Assembly (NCBI GenBank): GCA_964609695.1
Contig: CAZSSP010000009.1
Location: forward strand, 1,522 to 65,521
Direction: 5' to 3'
DNA length: 64,000 nucleotides
DNA from: an uncultured Bacteriovoracaceae bacterium
GTDB taxonomy: Bacteria; Bdellovibrionota; UBA2428
Made by a program: the position numbers and the translations under genes. Numbering within the stretch: the first letter of the stretch is position 1; the number at the start of each line of letters is the position of its first letter. This document shows, one piece after another, positions 55,311 through 64,000 of this stretch. A model generated the notes under the pieces. That model saw only the letters and a list, made by a program, of their open reading frames with translations, did not search any database and was not told the DNA's origin.

Positions 55311-56423
55311 TTAAAGCCACAAACAGGCGTCGCCATATGAGAAAAATCTATAGTTTTTACTTTGTGCAAATTCATAAGATTCCTTGACCAGTTTCCAAGA
55401 CCCCGCAAAGCACGAAAGCAAAACTAATAAAGAGGATGCGGGTAAGTGAAAATTGGTAAAAAGTGCATCACAATAACGAAACTCAAAGCCGGGTTTAATA
55501 AAAATCTGCGTGCGTCCCAAATAATCTTGCGTGTCTAAATCCAAATTAAAAGATTCTGCCTTGGACTCCCCCAAAATGGGTAGCGATTCTAAGAGTCGTA
55601 GAGCGGTGGTGCCCACGCATAAAACAGCCGCTCGATTGTCTTTATTTTGAAAATTCTTTTTCAGCAGATCATAAGCCTGAGAAGCTATCGAAAAGGACTC
55701 CGAATGCAAATGGTTTTGATCGAGCACACTTTGCCTGAGGGGTTCAAAAGTTCCCAAGCCCACATGCAAACAAGTGTCTACAAATTGAACCCCCTCTTGT
55801 TCAAGCTTTCTACACAATTCTTCGGTAAAATGAAGAGAGGCTGTTGGAGCCGCGGCCGATTTGGCTTCACTCATGCCCCGTGCCCATACGCTTTGATAGC
55901 GAGCAGAATCCACTTCTGAAATTCGAGTTTTTATATAGGGAGGTAGAGGCATTTCACCATGCCGCTCTAAAAATTTAATAAGCTCTTCTCGATCACAATT
56001 AAATGAAACCGTATCGGAATCTAGAACACTAATTTGCAAAGAAGGTAGCCCCTCTATGTGAAGGCTCTCAGGAAATTTCATTCGAGCACTTCTTTTGATG
56101 AGAGCTTTCCAAACTCGATTTTTGAATTCTTCAATTAGCACAATTTCATGCACTGAACCTGAAGCTCTACGCGCATAAAAGCGGGCCGGAAAAACTCGAC
56201 TTCGATTTCGAACCCACAACGAATTCTTTAAAAATCGATTATCTTTCTGAAGAATTTCGGGAAGATCTCGAACCAATGCTTCCTCCCTTTGTGGAAGCCC
56301 CCCCATGGGATGGCGTCGAACAATGAGAAGTTTAGCAGAATCCCGAGGCTCTATCGGACGTTGTGCAATGAGCCTCTCGTCTAAATCAAAGTGGTAGTCT
56401 TCAACTTTTGAACCCAAATCCAT
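55311..56423 (-). CDS. queA: S-adenosylmethionine:tRNA ribosyltransferase-isomerase
   Basis: It has YHFDLDERLIAQRPIEPRDSAKLL, GEMPLPPYI, AAPTASLHFT and VGLGTF. I start at ATG 56423 (MDLGSK...), not the ORF-track start 56468. Confidence 0.9.
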   Translation of the reverse strand: MDLGSKVEDYHFDLDERLIAQRPIEPRDSAKLLIVRRHPMGGLPQREEALVRDLPEILQKDNRFLKNSLWVRNRSRVFPARFYARRASGSVHEIVLIEEFKNRVWKALIKRSARMKFPESLHIEGLPSLQISVLDSDTVSFNCDREELIKFLERHGEMPLPPYIKTRISEVDSARYQSVWARGMSEAKSAAAPTASLHFTEELCRKLEQEGVQFVDTCLHVGLGTFEPLRQSVLDQNHLHSESFSIASQAYDLLKKNFQNKDNRAAVLCVGTTALRLLESLPILGESKAESFNLDLDTQDYLGRTQIFIKPGFEFRYCDALFTNFHLPASSLLVLLSCFAGSWKLVKESYEFAQSKNYRFFSYGDACLWL

Positions 56424-56597
56424 ACACTGCAAAGCTTTAAACCCCAAGTTTTTAACACGCAAGGCCAAAAGTCTTTAAAGCCAGAAGAATTCACTAAGAA
56501 GTTTTTGACTTATTTAAGACTTTTCTCTTTAAAGGAGTCTGGAGACGTTGAGCCTTTTTATGTCTCCAAGCAACCTGAAGAAAGGCCTGTTCTTAAT

Positions 56598-58277
56598 ATG
56601 AAAAAAATTCTACTTTTAACGTTAACTCTCTTTTCCTTTGCCTGCACCAAAAAGCAAGTTCGCAGCCAAGCTGGAGGTACTTTAAAAATTGGGGTCTCCC
56701 AAGAATTTGAAATTCTCAATCCAGTCATTTCTCAAATGGCAACGAGTAGCTACATTTTTACAATGGCTACTGGTGCCCTCACTACAATTGGTGAAGATTG
56801 GAAATGGCGCTGTGTTCTTTGCACCGAATTGCCCACTTTCGAAAATAAAATGGTTAAAAAACTTCCCGGCGGGAAACTCCTCGTCAATTGGGAAATTCTA
56901 CCTAACGCTCAATGGGGCGATGGCACTCCCCTCACTGGAAACGATGTGAAGTTTTCATGGATGGTTGGACAACACCCTAACGTTTCTGTTGGACAACGAG
57001 ACACTTACTCTCGAGTGATTGCTCTAGAGGTTGACAAAGACAACCCTAAAAAGTTTTCAATGACATTCAAAGAATCTCGTTACGACTATTATCAATTGGG
57101 AACTTTTTACATTTTGCCTAAACATCTTGAAGAACCCATTTTTGAAAAAACCAAAAACCAAGCTGGATCCTACGAAAAGCAAACTCTTTACAACACCGAT
57201 CCCGGCAACCCAGGACTCTATTTTGGACCCTACCTTGTGAAAGAAATCAAATTAGGTAGCCACATTGTTCTGGTGAAAAATCCCAAATATTTTGGTGAAG
57301 CTCCTAAAATTAATCAAATTGTCGTCAAATACGTTGCCAACACTCAAGCGCTTGAAGCGAACCTACTCTCTGGTGAAATCGACATGATTTCAGAGATGGG
57401 ATTATTCTTTGACCAACTTTTGGGTCTTGAGAAGAAATTCCGCGACAATACAGAATTAGGCTCTAAATATCGCATCAGCCTCAAACAAGGCACTATTTAT
57501 GAACACATCACTTTTAACTTTAAGGACCCTATCGTTAAAGATAAAAGAGTTCGTCAAGCACTTGCTTACGGTCTCGATAGAGAAAAAATGGTTAAAGCTC
57601 TCTTCGATGGTCGCCAAGAAGTTGCGCTTCACAACATTCACCCACTCGACCCCTATTACACTGACAATGTGAAAAGATATTCTTACGACCTCAATAAAGC
57701 TCAACAGCTTCTCGAAGAAGCTGGCTGGAAAGTAAACCCATCCGATGGAATGAGATACAAAGATAAAAAGCCTTTAGAGCTCACTCTCATGACCACAGCA
57801 CAAAATCAGCTACGCGAGAGAATTCAAGTTTATGTTCAAGCTGAATGGAAAAAATTGGGCGTTGAAGTGAAAATTAAAAACGAACCCGCTCGAGTCTTTT
57901 TTGGTGAAACAGTTCGTAAAGGAACTTTCCCCAATTTAGCGATGTTTGCATGGGTTTCTAGCCCCGACAATCCTCCACAAAGCACTATGCACTCAAAAGA
58001 AATTCCAACTGCTAAAAATGGTTACTCAGGCCAAAACTCTGGTGGCTACGTGAACGCTGAAGCGGATGCTTTGCTCGATAAAATTCCTCTTGAGTTTAAT
58101 TTCGACAAAAGAAAACTCATGGTTCAACGCTTGCAAGAAATTTATGCTGAAGAGCTCCCTGCACTTCCGCTTAACCTTCGAGCAGATTTTGCTATCGTTC
58201 CATCAAAAATGACTGGATACGAAACCACAGGCCACCAATTCTACTCAACTCAATATGCATGGAGATGGAACTACTAA
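56598..58277 (+). CDS. ABC transporter substrate-binding lipoprotein, family 5 (peptide/nickel type)
   Basis: A lipoprotein signal starts at ATG 56598 (MKKILLLTLTLFSFAC). The length of about 560 aa and the pattern (W.DG.P.T..DV.FS...) fit SBP_bac_5. Confidence 0.85.
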   Translation: MKKILLLTLTLFSFACTKKQVRSQAGGTLKIGVSQEFEILNPVISQMATSSYIFTMATGALTTIGEDWKWRCVLCTELPTFENKMVKKLPGGKLLVNWEILPNAQWGDGTPLTGNDVKFSWMVGQHPNVSVGQRDTYSRVIALEVDKDNPKKFSMTFKESRYDYYQLGTFYILPKHLEEPIFEKTKNQAGSYEKQTLYNTDPGNPGLYFGPYLVKEIKLGSHIVLVKNPKYFGEAPKINQIVVKYVANTQALEANLLSGEIDMISEMGLFFDQLLGLEKKFRDNTELGSKYRISLKQGTIYEHITFNFKDPIVKDKRVRQALAYGLDREKMVKALFDGRQEVALHNIHPLDPYYTDNVKRYSYDLNKAQQLLEEAGWKVNPSDGMRYKDKKPLELTLMTTAQNQLRERIQVYVQAEWKKLGVEVKIKNEPARVFFGETVRKGTFPNLAMFAWVSSPDNPPQSTMHSKEIPTAKNGYSGQNSGGYVNAEADALLDKIPLEFNFDKRKLMVQRLQEIYAEELPALPLNLRADFAIVPSKMTGYETTGHQFYSTQYAWRWNY

Positions 58278-58303
58278 GCATTAGCTCTTAGTAATTTATT
58301 AAA

Positions 58304-59278
58304 ATGAGTTCTTTTATTATTAGGCGAATCTTACAAACGGTGGTGATGCTTTTCATCACCACTTTTGTAACCTATGTCATGATGGGTCTCATGCCTGGAG
58401 ACCCCCTCGACATTGCGTGCAATGCCAACCCCCATTGCAGCCCCGAAAACATCGCTCAAATGAAAAAGAATCTGGGTCTCGATAAACCCATCACAGAGCG
58501 ATACTTCGTTTGGCTTAAGGCCTTCGTTCAAGGCGATATGGGTTATTCCAGAACCTACAGAAAACCTGTGACTGAAATTTTAGGTCCACGCCTTTGGAAC
58601 AGCATGGTTTTAGGAACTCTAGCTTGTTTACTCTCACTTTTAATTGCATTACCGCTTGGAGTTATTGCCGGCAGTCGCTCGCAATCGTGGCTTGATTATT
58701 TAGTGAACTTTTTTTGTTTTCTAGGCATTTCTACGCCCAGTTTTTGGCTGGCGCTCATGTTTATATATATTTTCAGCGTTCATTTAGGTTGGTTTCCCGC
58801 GGGTGGTTCTCAAAGCATTGACCTCCCCCCGGATGCTAGCCAATGGGAAATTTTATCCGACCGAATCACCCACTTAGTATTGCCCGTGAGCGCTCTAGCC
58901 CTTTTAACTGTAGCCTCTTGGTTGCGACAAACTCGCTCTGCAGTTCTACAAGAGTTGAGCCAAGATTATATTCGTACCGCGCGAGCAAAAGGACTCACCT
59001 GGGGTCGTAGCATATGGGTGCATGCCGTTCGCAATGCACTACTCCCTGTGGTCACAGTAGTCGCCTTAGGTTTTTCAATTATATTTTCTGGTGCTGTAAT
59101 AACTGAAACCGTATTTTCATTTAATGGAGTTGGAAAACTCATGTATGACTCCATCCTTGGAAACGATTTTAACGTGGCCATGTGTGCTTTTGTTATTAGT
59201 TGCGTGGCCGTTTTACTTTGCAATTTAGCGGCCGATCTCATTTACGCTTTTCTTGATCCGAGGATCAAAGTTCAATGA
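58304..59278 (+). CDS. ABC transporter permease (DppB/OppB-like)
   Basis: The N-terminal IIRRILQTVVMLF and the EAA-loop region YIRTARAKGL are typical of BPD_transp_1 peptide permeases. Confidence 0.9.
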   Translation: MSSFIIRRILQTVVMLFITTFVTYVMMGLMPGDPLDIACNANPHCSPENIAQMKKNLGLDKPITERYFVWLKAFVQGDMGYSRTYRKPVTEILGPRLWNSMVLGTLACLLSLLIALPLGVIAGSRSQSWLDYLVNFFCFLGISTPSFWLALMFIYIFSVHLGWFPAGGSQSIDLPPDASQWEILSDRITHLVLPVSALALLTVASWLRQTRSAVLQELSQDYIRTARAKGLTWGRSIWVHAVRNALLPVVTVVALGFSIIFSGAVITETVFSFNGVGKLMYDSILGNDFNVAMCAFVISCVAVLLCNLAADLIYAFLDPRIKVQ

Positions 59279-60156
59279 ATTTTCTAAAGCGTCTTTCCAC
59301 TCACAAAGCTGCACTCATTGGATTTATTTTAATTTTATTTTTTGCCTTCATTGCGACCTTTGCTCAGCAAATATGCAACTTGTTGCACATCGACCCCTAT
59401 TCACAAGAAATCTTAGCTAGATACTCTCCCCCCGATTCTGCCCATCCACTTGGAACAGATGAAGTGGGCCGTGATTTTCTGGCACGTATAATTTTCGGCA
59501 CTCGCGTTTCTCTAGGAGTGGCTATACTCTCCTCTCTCGGTGCTTTAATTGTAGGTATTTTTGTTGGAGCTCTTGCAGGTTACTACGGCGGATTTCTCGA
59601 CACCTTACTCATGCGATTCACTGATGGACTTTTGGCATTACCCATACTGCCTGTAATGATATTGCTCGCGGCTGTAGATTTTGAAAAAATCCCTATCGTC
59701 AAAGACATCGTCAGCTCTAATGACGGCGGTTTCGTGAAAATGCTTTTAATCTTTATATTATTCTCTTGGATGACAGTTGCGCGTTTAGTGAGAGCACAAA
59801 CTCTAAAGCTACGAGAATTAGAATTTGTAGTGGCCGCGAAGTCGCTGGGCTTAAGAGATTGGAGAATAATACTTTTTCATATACTCCCCTCTATTCTCCC
59901 TGCGGTAGTTGTCGACATCACGCTCAACGTGGGCCAAACAATATTGTTTGAATCTGCACTAAGCTTCTTGGGTCTTGGAATACAACCTCCACTAGCTTCA
60001 TGGGGAAGTATGCTTAACAACGGCCTTGAGGCCTTAAGCATGTCTCCTGCAATGGTCTTTTATCCTGGATTTATGATTCTTATAATTGTTGTGAGCTTCA
60101 ATTTCTTAGGAGATGGAATGGGCTATGCCCTCGATCCCCAATCTCATAAACGATAA
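59275..60156 (+). CDS. ABC transporter permease (DppC/OppC-like)
   Basis: It has HPLGTDEVGRDFLARIIFG (the OppC N-terminal motif) and EFVVAAKSLG (EAA loop). It overlaps the upstream permease by 4 nt. Confidence 0.9.
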   Translation: MNFLKRLSTHKAALIGFILILFFAFIATFAQQICNLLHIDPYSQEILARYSPPDSAHPLGTDEVGRDFLARIIFGTRVSLGVAILSSLGALIVGIFVGALAGYYGGFLDTLLMRFTDGLLALPILPVMILLAAVDFEKIPIVKDIVSSNDGGFVKMLLIFILFSWMTVARLVRAQTLKLRELEFVVAAKSLGLRDWRIILFHILPSILPAVVVDITLNVGQTILFESALSFLGLGIQPPLASWGSMLNNGLEALSMSPAMVFYPGFMILIIVVSFNFLGDGMGYALDPQSHKR

Positions 60157-60160
60157 AAAT

Positions 60161-62632
60161 TTAAATTCCATTATTACTGTAACCATAGATAGTCACATTA
60201 CGAATGGCTTTTGAGTCATTTGACTGAACGTAAGTGCACGTGCTCAATGTCCCATGCCCTTGATAAGCTCCTAGATTTGGCGAATAAATACAGGCTTCAC
60301 TGGATTCGCACAAGCCATCATCATCGCCTATAGAATCGCCCACGATTTCACGAGCGTTTCTAAGAAAATAGCCCTGACAACGTTCGTTGAGATTACAAAC
60401 TCCATCTTCATTTCCATTTCCGTCTCCTAAAACTTCATAGAAATCACCTTGGGTAAACCAAGTTGGGTATGTTCCAAACGTATTATAAGTAAAAGGATTC
60501 GTAGTTCCATACTGATTTCCCGAGACTTCATCAGGACAAAGGCCTCCCGCAGTAAAACTGTTTAAGCCCTGAGCTGAAGGAACGATACTATTTGCAGAAG
60601 TACCGCTAAAGGATTTATTTAATATTGCAGAAGAGTCATGCTTGAAACGGATATCTACAAGCTGACATAAATCTGAAGATCCACACTGCCCATAAGTTGC
60701 AGCACTAAACAGAGTTCCATTTTTTAACCAATATTGAAATGATGTACTCGGAATCCATTGGGTAATGGTGGATCCAAAACTAACTCCACCTATTTCACCA
60801 ACAAACACATTAGAATTACTAAAACTTGTATCAATTCGAAATGTAGCATCTGATAACCCATTAGTTTTAAAATTGGTAGATCCATCAGTTCCCGACTGAG
60901 TACAATTTGGAGAATAGGTTTCTAAAGTCTGCGTGCACTTTTGAGTGTTAATACTACCCAACATAAATAATCCCGATAAGTGTAATGAATAACCAGAATT
61001 CATATACTGAAGGCCATAATCAGCATTATAAATTCCGGTATTGATATAGGAATTTGTAGTGCTACCGCCTACGTTATGTGTTGAAAGACCCGTCCCCACA
61101 TTAGAAATAAATACATTGGAAAATATATTTAAAGAAGATGATGAAGTGTCTATTCCAGAAATTGTTGCGAAATATCCATTGTTTTTTGTGTTAATAAGAG
61201 TCACATTATTAAAAATATTATAATAGCCCCCGCATCCATAATTTGTATCGATACCAGGTGCACAAACCAAGCTTATGGCTTCGGAATTTATAGAAACAAA
61301 GTACTCCTGTATAGTATTCCCCGAAAATCCATGACCCATAACACTCCAAGCAGAAGATGTATTTGAAACGCTTTCAATTGACTTAATTTTATTTTTAGAA
61401 AAAGCCCGAGGGCGAAATCCAATCGAGCCATTATTGAAAGTTTTAATCCTACCCATGGTAGAGTTGCCCACCACATCCATCTGAACGCCCACTCCAGCAT
61501 TGTTGTATGACAATACATTATTTAAGGTTAAATAATTTCCCTCTATTGTTATTGCGCCCGTCGAAGAATTATTAGTAGATCCTGAAACTTCTAAAGTCCC
61601 AATCGTATTATATTTTGTTTCATTATTTAAACTTAAAGAATCGGTGGCGCGATCATGCTCTAAAAATACCCCTCGCGCACAATTCACAGTGCTTAAAGCA
61701 ATTAAATCAGGATCACTTCCTGTATATCTTCCCAATTGTGAATTTTTTATAGCTTTAAAATGCATGCCGGCTGTTGTTGCCGATCTTACTGAAGCATCCA
61801 TTACAGTTAAAAACTTTTGATTGATAAAATCTAAACCATAGCTAGCTTTTGTAGAAGGACTCGCGGTATTTAATGTTCCAACTTCTATCCAATTAAAATT
61901 GTATCCAGAACTATAAAAAAAGGGGCCTGCATAATTTCCAGACCAGTTGAGAGTTATATTCTTAGGCATTGTGATTAACAAACGACTCTGATCGATGGAG
62001 AATCCTCCTGTTATCATGGAAGAAGAAATGACTAAAACCGTTCCCTGGGCATAACCCGAAAGACTTTGAACACTACTACCCATGTTTGCGGATAATGTTG
62101 CAATAGGATTTGAATACCAAACACTTTCTAATGAATTTATTTCTGCCGTAGGTGCATCGGGATCATAGTAACCAGAAATCACAACTCGATTAGCTTTAAA
62201 GGTTGATGAATTAAAATCAATCAAATCGCGCAATCCTTTGCCTGACTTTAAACCCGTCATATTAAAATAAACTCGCTGTGATCTCTCCTCACACGACCAA
62301 TTAAAAACTCCCAGAGCATCTTCTGCCGTTAAACCCGAACAAGAAGTGACTTCTTTAGGAAGCGCATAGCTCATTTTTTCTGCTAAGTGAGTACAAAGTG
62401 AAGGAGTGGCTTCAGAGCCCGTACAATCTTGTGAATAATCTGACGTCAAAGCCCAATATCCCCACAACAAAGGTGAATTGGTCGGAGCGCTTACAGCCGT
62501 TACTGGAGAATAAATTTTAGGTTCTTTTGGTGGAACAGGTTTGGGTCCACTAACAACAACAATACCAATGTTACAATTTGCCAAAATGACTAAGGAAATA
62601 AAACCTAGATAATTCCAGATTACGTTCCTCAT
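60161..62632 (-). CDS. large lipoprotein of unknown function, possibly with right-handed beta-helix repeats; Cys-rich C-terminus
   Basis: 823 aa with the lipobox LVILANC. There are many short G/N/S/T-rich reiterated segments (NNxG.G, I.N-type turns) and a Cys-rich tail with D-G-x-C motifs. The fold call is tentative. Confidence 0.4.
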   Translation of the reverse strand: MRNVIWNYLGFISLVILANCNIGIVVVSGPKPVPPKEPKIYSPVTAVSAPTNSPLLWGYWALTSDYSQDCTGSEATPSLCTHLAEKMSYALPKEVTSCSGLTAEDALGVFNWSCEERSQRVYFNMTGLKSGKGLRDLIDFNSSTFKANRVVISGYYDPDAPTAEINSLESVWYSNPIATLSANMGSSVQSLSGYAQGTVLVISSSMITGGFSIDQSRLLITMPKNITLNWSGNYAGPFFYSSGYNFNWIEVGTLNTASPSTKASYGLDFINQKFLTVMDASVRSATTAGMHFKAIKNSQLGRYTGSDPDLIALSTVNCARGVFLEHDRATDSLSLNNETKYNTIGTLEVSGSTNNSSTGAITIEGNYLTLNNVLSYNNAGVGVQMDVVGNSTMGRIKTFNNGSIGFRPRAFSKNKIKSIESVSNTSSAWSVMGHGFSGNTIQEYFVSINSEAISLVCAPGIDTNYGCGGYYNIFNNVTLINTKNNGYFATISGIDTSSSSLNIFSNVFISNVGTGLSTHNVGGSTTNSYINTGIYNADYGLQYMNSGYSLHLSGLFMLGSINTQKCTQTLETYSPNCTQSGTDGSTNFKTNGLSDATFRIDTSFSNSNVFVGEIGGVSFGSTITQWIPSTSFQYWLKNGTLFSAATYGQCGSSDLCQLVDIRFKHDSSAILNKSFSGTSANSIVPSAQGLNSFTAGGLCPDEVSGNQYGTTNPFTYNTFGTYPTWFTQGDFYEVLGDGNGNEDGVCNLNERCQGYFLRNAREIVGDSIGDDDGLCESSEACIYSPNLGAYQGHGTLSTCTYVQSNDSKAIRNVTIYGYSNNGI

Positions 62633-62828
62633 AGCTATAATTATATTCTAGAGCTAAGCCGGAACCGACTTAATATTTGATGATACTTTGGTTAAGTTAA
62701 GATGAATGATTTACTCAGAATACCCTCATACGTAAAAAATAAAGACACCCTTTAACTAAAGCTTAACATAAGAGACCTATACCTAGCCCTGCTTTGAATT
62801 TAGAATGAGTATAAGGAGTTAAGTTTTT

Positions 62829-64000
62829 TTGCAGTTTTCAAAACACAAATATTTTCTGCTTCTTTTATTAATTTCAAGTTATTCTGCATTTTCTGAAATT
62901 ACTGAAGTTGAATTTATCAAAGGTTTAAAATTAATTAGAATTAGCATTCAAGAAGCTCCTGGTATGGGTGACCAAGCCATTGCTTTTGATGTTGCCAAAA
63001 GACTTCGAGAACTTGGTTTTACTGGAAATTTAGAGTTTATTTACGAGGAAAGAGCACAAAATAAAATTTCCTCTTTATTGGGTACCCCCATAGTTTCAAA
63101 TCAAATTACAGAATTTCCAAATGAAAAATATAGATTCATTCCAACGGAATACTTCAACGATCATAGAACTAAATTTGAAAAAGCGGATCTTGCGATTAGC
63201 CCTTCATTTATAAGTGAAGGACTTGGTAGGACTAATTACACCGTTGAAAATGCCGCTAAAATAAATCCAATCTACTTGAATTCAAATACATTAATAATTC
63301 TTCAACCTACTGGTTTTTACGATTCACAAATTGCCAATGGAAACCAGCTAATAACTGTTCCTAACTCTAAAAATTTACCAATAAAATCTAAAGACGTTAT
63401 TGATTCTCCCCATATTTTAGTAGCCGAGGATCCACGTTCTAATTTTTTAAACAGTCTTTTAGATTCGAGAAATAAAATCGATTTTGGGGTTGGCTATGGA
63501 TTAGGTCTTTATGATGGACCTATTAAAGTCTATCGATATTTATTGGGGATGAAGCTCACTGAAAACAAAAGGAGAGATCTGAGCAAGCCACTTGTATTTG
63601 CACTTATTTCAAAATTTAACAACGAAGAAAAAGAAAAGCTTTTTTCTTTAATAGCTTCAAATCCTATTTTGAAAGACAAGGTTGGAGTCGTCGATTCTGG
63701 GAGTCCAAATGCCAGTTCTATCATAGATAGAAATCATTTAGATGGAAAAATATCCCTAAGCTTCCTAGGAAACGTTCCTAAAGAAATTTTTGAAAGTCTA
63801 ATGAAACAATCCCCTTTTCCTCCAACCGTTGCTGGCGCCAATAGCATTAGCTTAATGCAAAACTTAGGACGTCCATATTTAGTAAGTACATTTTACAATT
63901 ATACGGATGATCGACGTTCAATTGATAGAGATGCGAGACTAAAATTCATGAAAGCATCTACTGCATTATCCAGGTTAAACGAACCCCATGAAGAATCAGC
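62829..64000 (+). CDS. hypothetical secreted protein, 3'-truncated by the window end (absent from the supplied ORF track)
   Basis: An open frame runs from TTG 62829, 10 nt after AAGGAG, to the window end, about 390 codons. It has a signal-like N-terminus (YFLLLLLISSYSAFS). I confirmed the frame at ATG 62964. No family was recognised. Confidence 0.5.
   Translation, partial: MQFSKHKYFLLLLLISSYSAFSEITEVEFIKGLKLIRISIQEAPGMGDQAIAFDVAKRLRELGFTGNLEFIYEERAQNKISSLLGTPIVSNQITEFPNEKYRFIPTEYFNDHRTKFEKADLAISPSFISEGLGRTNYTVENAAKINPIYLNSNTLIILQPTGFYDSQIANGNQLITVPNSKNLPIKSKDVIDSPHILVAEDPRSNFLNSLLDSRNKIDFGVGYGLGLYDGPIKVYRYLLGMKLTENKRRDLSKPLVFALISKFNNEEKEKLFSLIASNPILKDKVGVVDSGSPNASSIIDRNHLDGKISLSFLGNVPKEIFESLMKQSPFPPTVAGANSISLMQNLGRPYLVSTFYNYTDDRRSIDRDARLKFMKASTALSRLNEPHEES

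Noticed and set aside
62633-62645. TATAAT lies 7 nt upstream of the ATG of the 823-aa gene, suggesting a leaderless mRNA
   Set aside because: There is no acceptable -35 or extended -10, and AT-rich DNA yields TATAAT by chance. The evidence is weaker than for glmM.
1-64000. I looked for CRISPR arrays, rRNA genes, IS transposases, and prophage structural or toxin-antitoxin pairs
   Set aside because: I saw no regularly spaced direct repeats, no rRNA-like sequence, and no transposase or phage motifs. The only repeats are the palindromes and the short tandem repeat reported above.

Overview
This is an AT-rich bacterial chromosomal segment, densely coded and mostly on the minus strand. The gene content and the many secreted or lipoprotein ORFs suggest a Bdellovibrionota/Oligoflexia-like lineage, but that is only a guess from the sequence.

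Ordered content:
- 1-3.3 kb: hemerythrin-like protein, DUF488 protein, ClC channel, rnk.
- 3.5-8.7 kb: a MreB-like ATPase, then a nitric-oxide module. nnrS and an Rrf2/NsrR-like regulator sit divergent to a quinol-type NO reductase, with a perfect 16-bp palindrome in the shared promoter region.
- 8.7-14.4 kb: a compositionally distinct island of about 5.7 kb. It encodes an HTH protein, a VirD4/TraD-type coupling ATPase, a replication-relaxation-like protein, a small ORF and a large serine recombinase. It abuts tRNA-Ala(GGC). I read it as an integrative mobilizable element.
- 14.7-27 kb: tsaE-nnr-glmM, three secreted ORFs of unknown function, then cdaR-cdaA-ftsH-tilS.
- 27-31.9 kb: a GYF-like protein, a Ser/Pro-rich secreted protein, a 196-bp nested palindrome and an aromatic-amino-acid-decarboxylase-type PLP enzyme.
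- 31.9-38 kb: a DUF4340-like/cyclophilin fusion, ferredoxin, a HAD phosphatase, a PilZ protein and dsbD.
- 38-41.8 kb: a five-gene overlapping operon (5'-nucleotidase, RibD_C-like, SRPBCC, RidA, DUF218).
- 41.8-51.2 kb: pgsA, an RCC1-repeat lipoprotein, an alpha/beta hydrolase, ccsA/resB, a FliL-like gene with a sigma-28-type promoter, an HD-GYP protein and hsp20.
- 51.3-60.2 kb: prfB with its +1 frameshift site, ybeY, a PgpH-like 7TM-HD protein, queA, and an ABC binding protein with two permeases.
- 60.2-64 kb: an 823-aa lipoprotein and a 3'-truncated unknown ORF.

I saw no rRNA, CRISPR array or IS transposase.

The most notable observations are:
- the serine-recombinase island;
- the recombinase ORF that runs through a terminator and antisense across the tRNA;
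- two large concentric palindromes (12.4-12.6 kb and 29.7-29.9 kb);
- a consensus sigma-54 promoter in front of a 72-aa ORF;
- the interrupted cdaA-cdaR...glmM arrangement.

All family assignments rest on motifs read by eye. No database search was possible.
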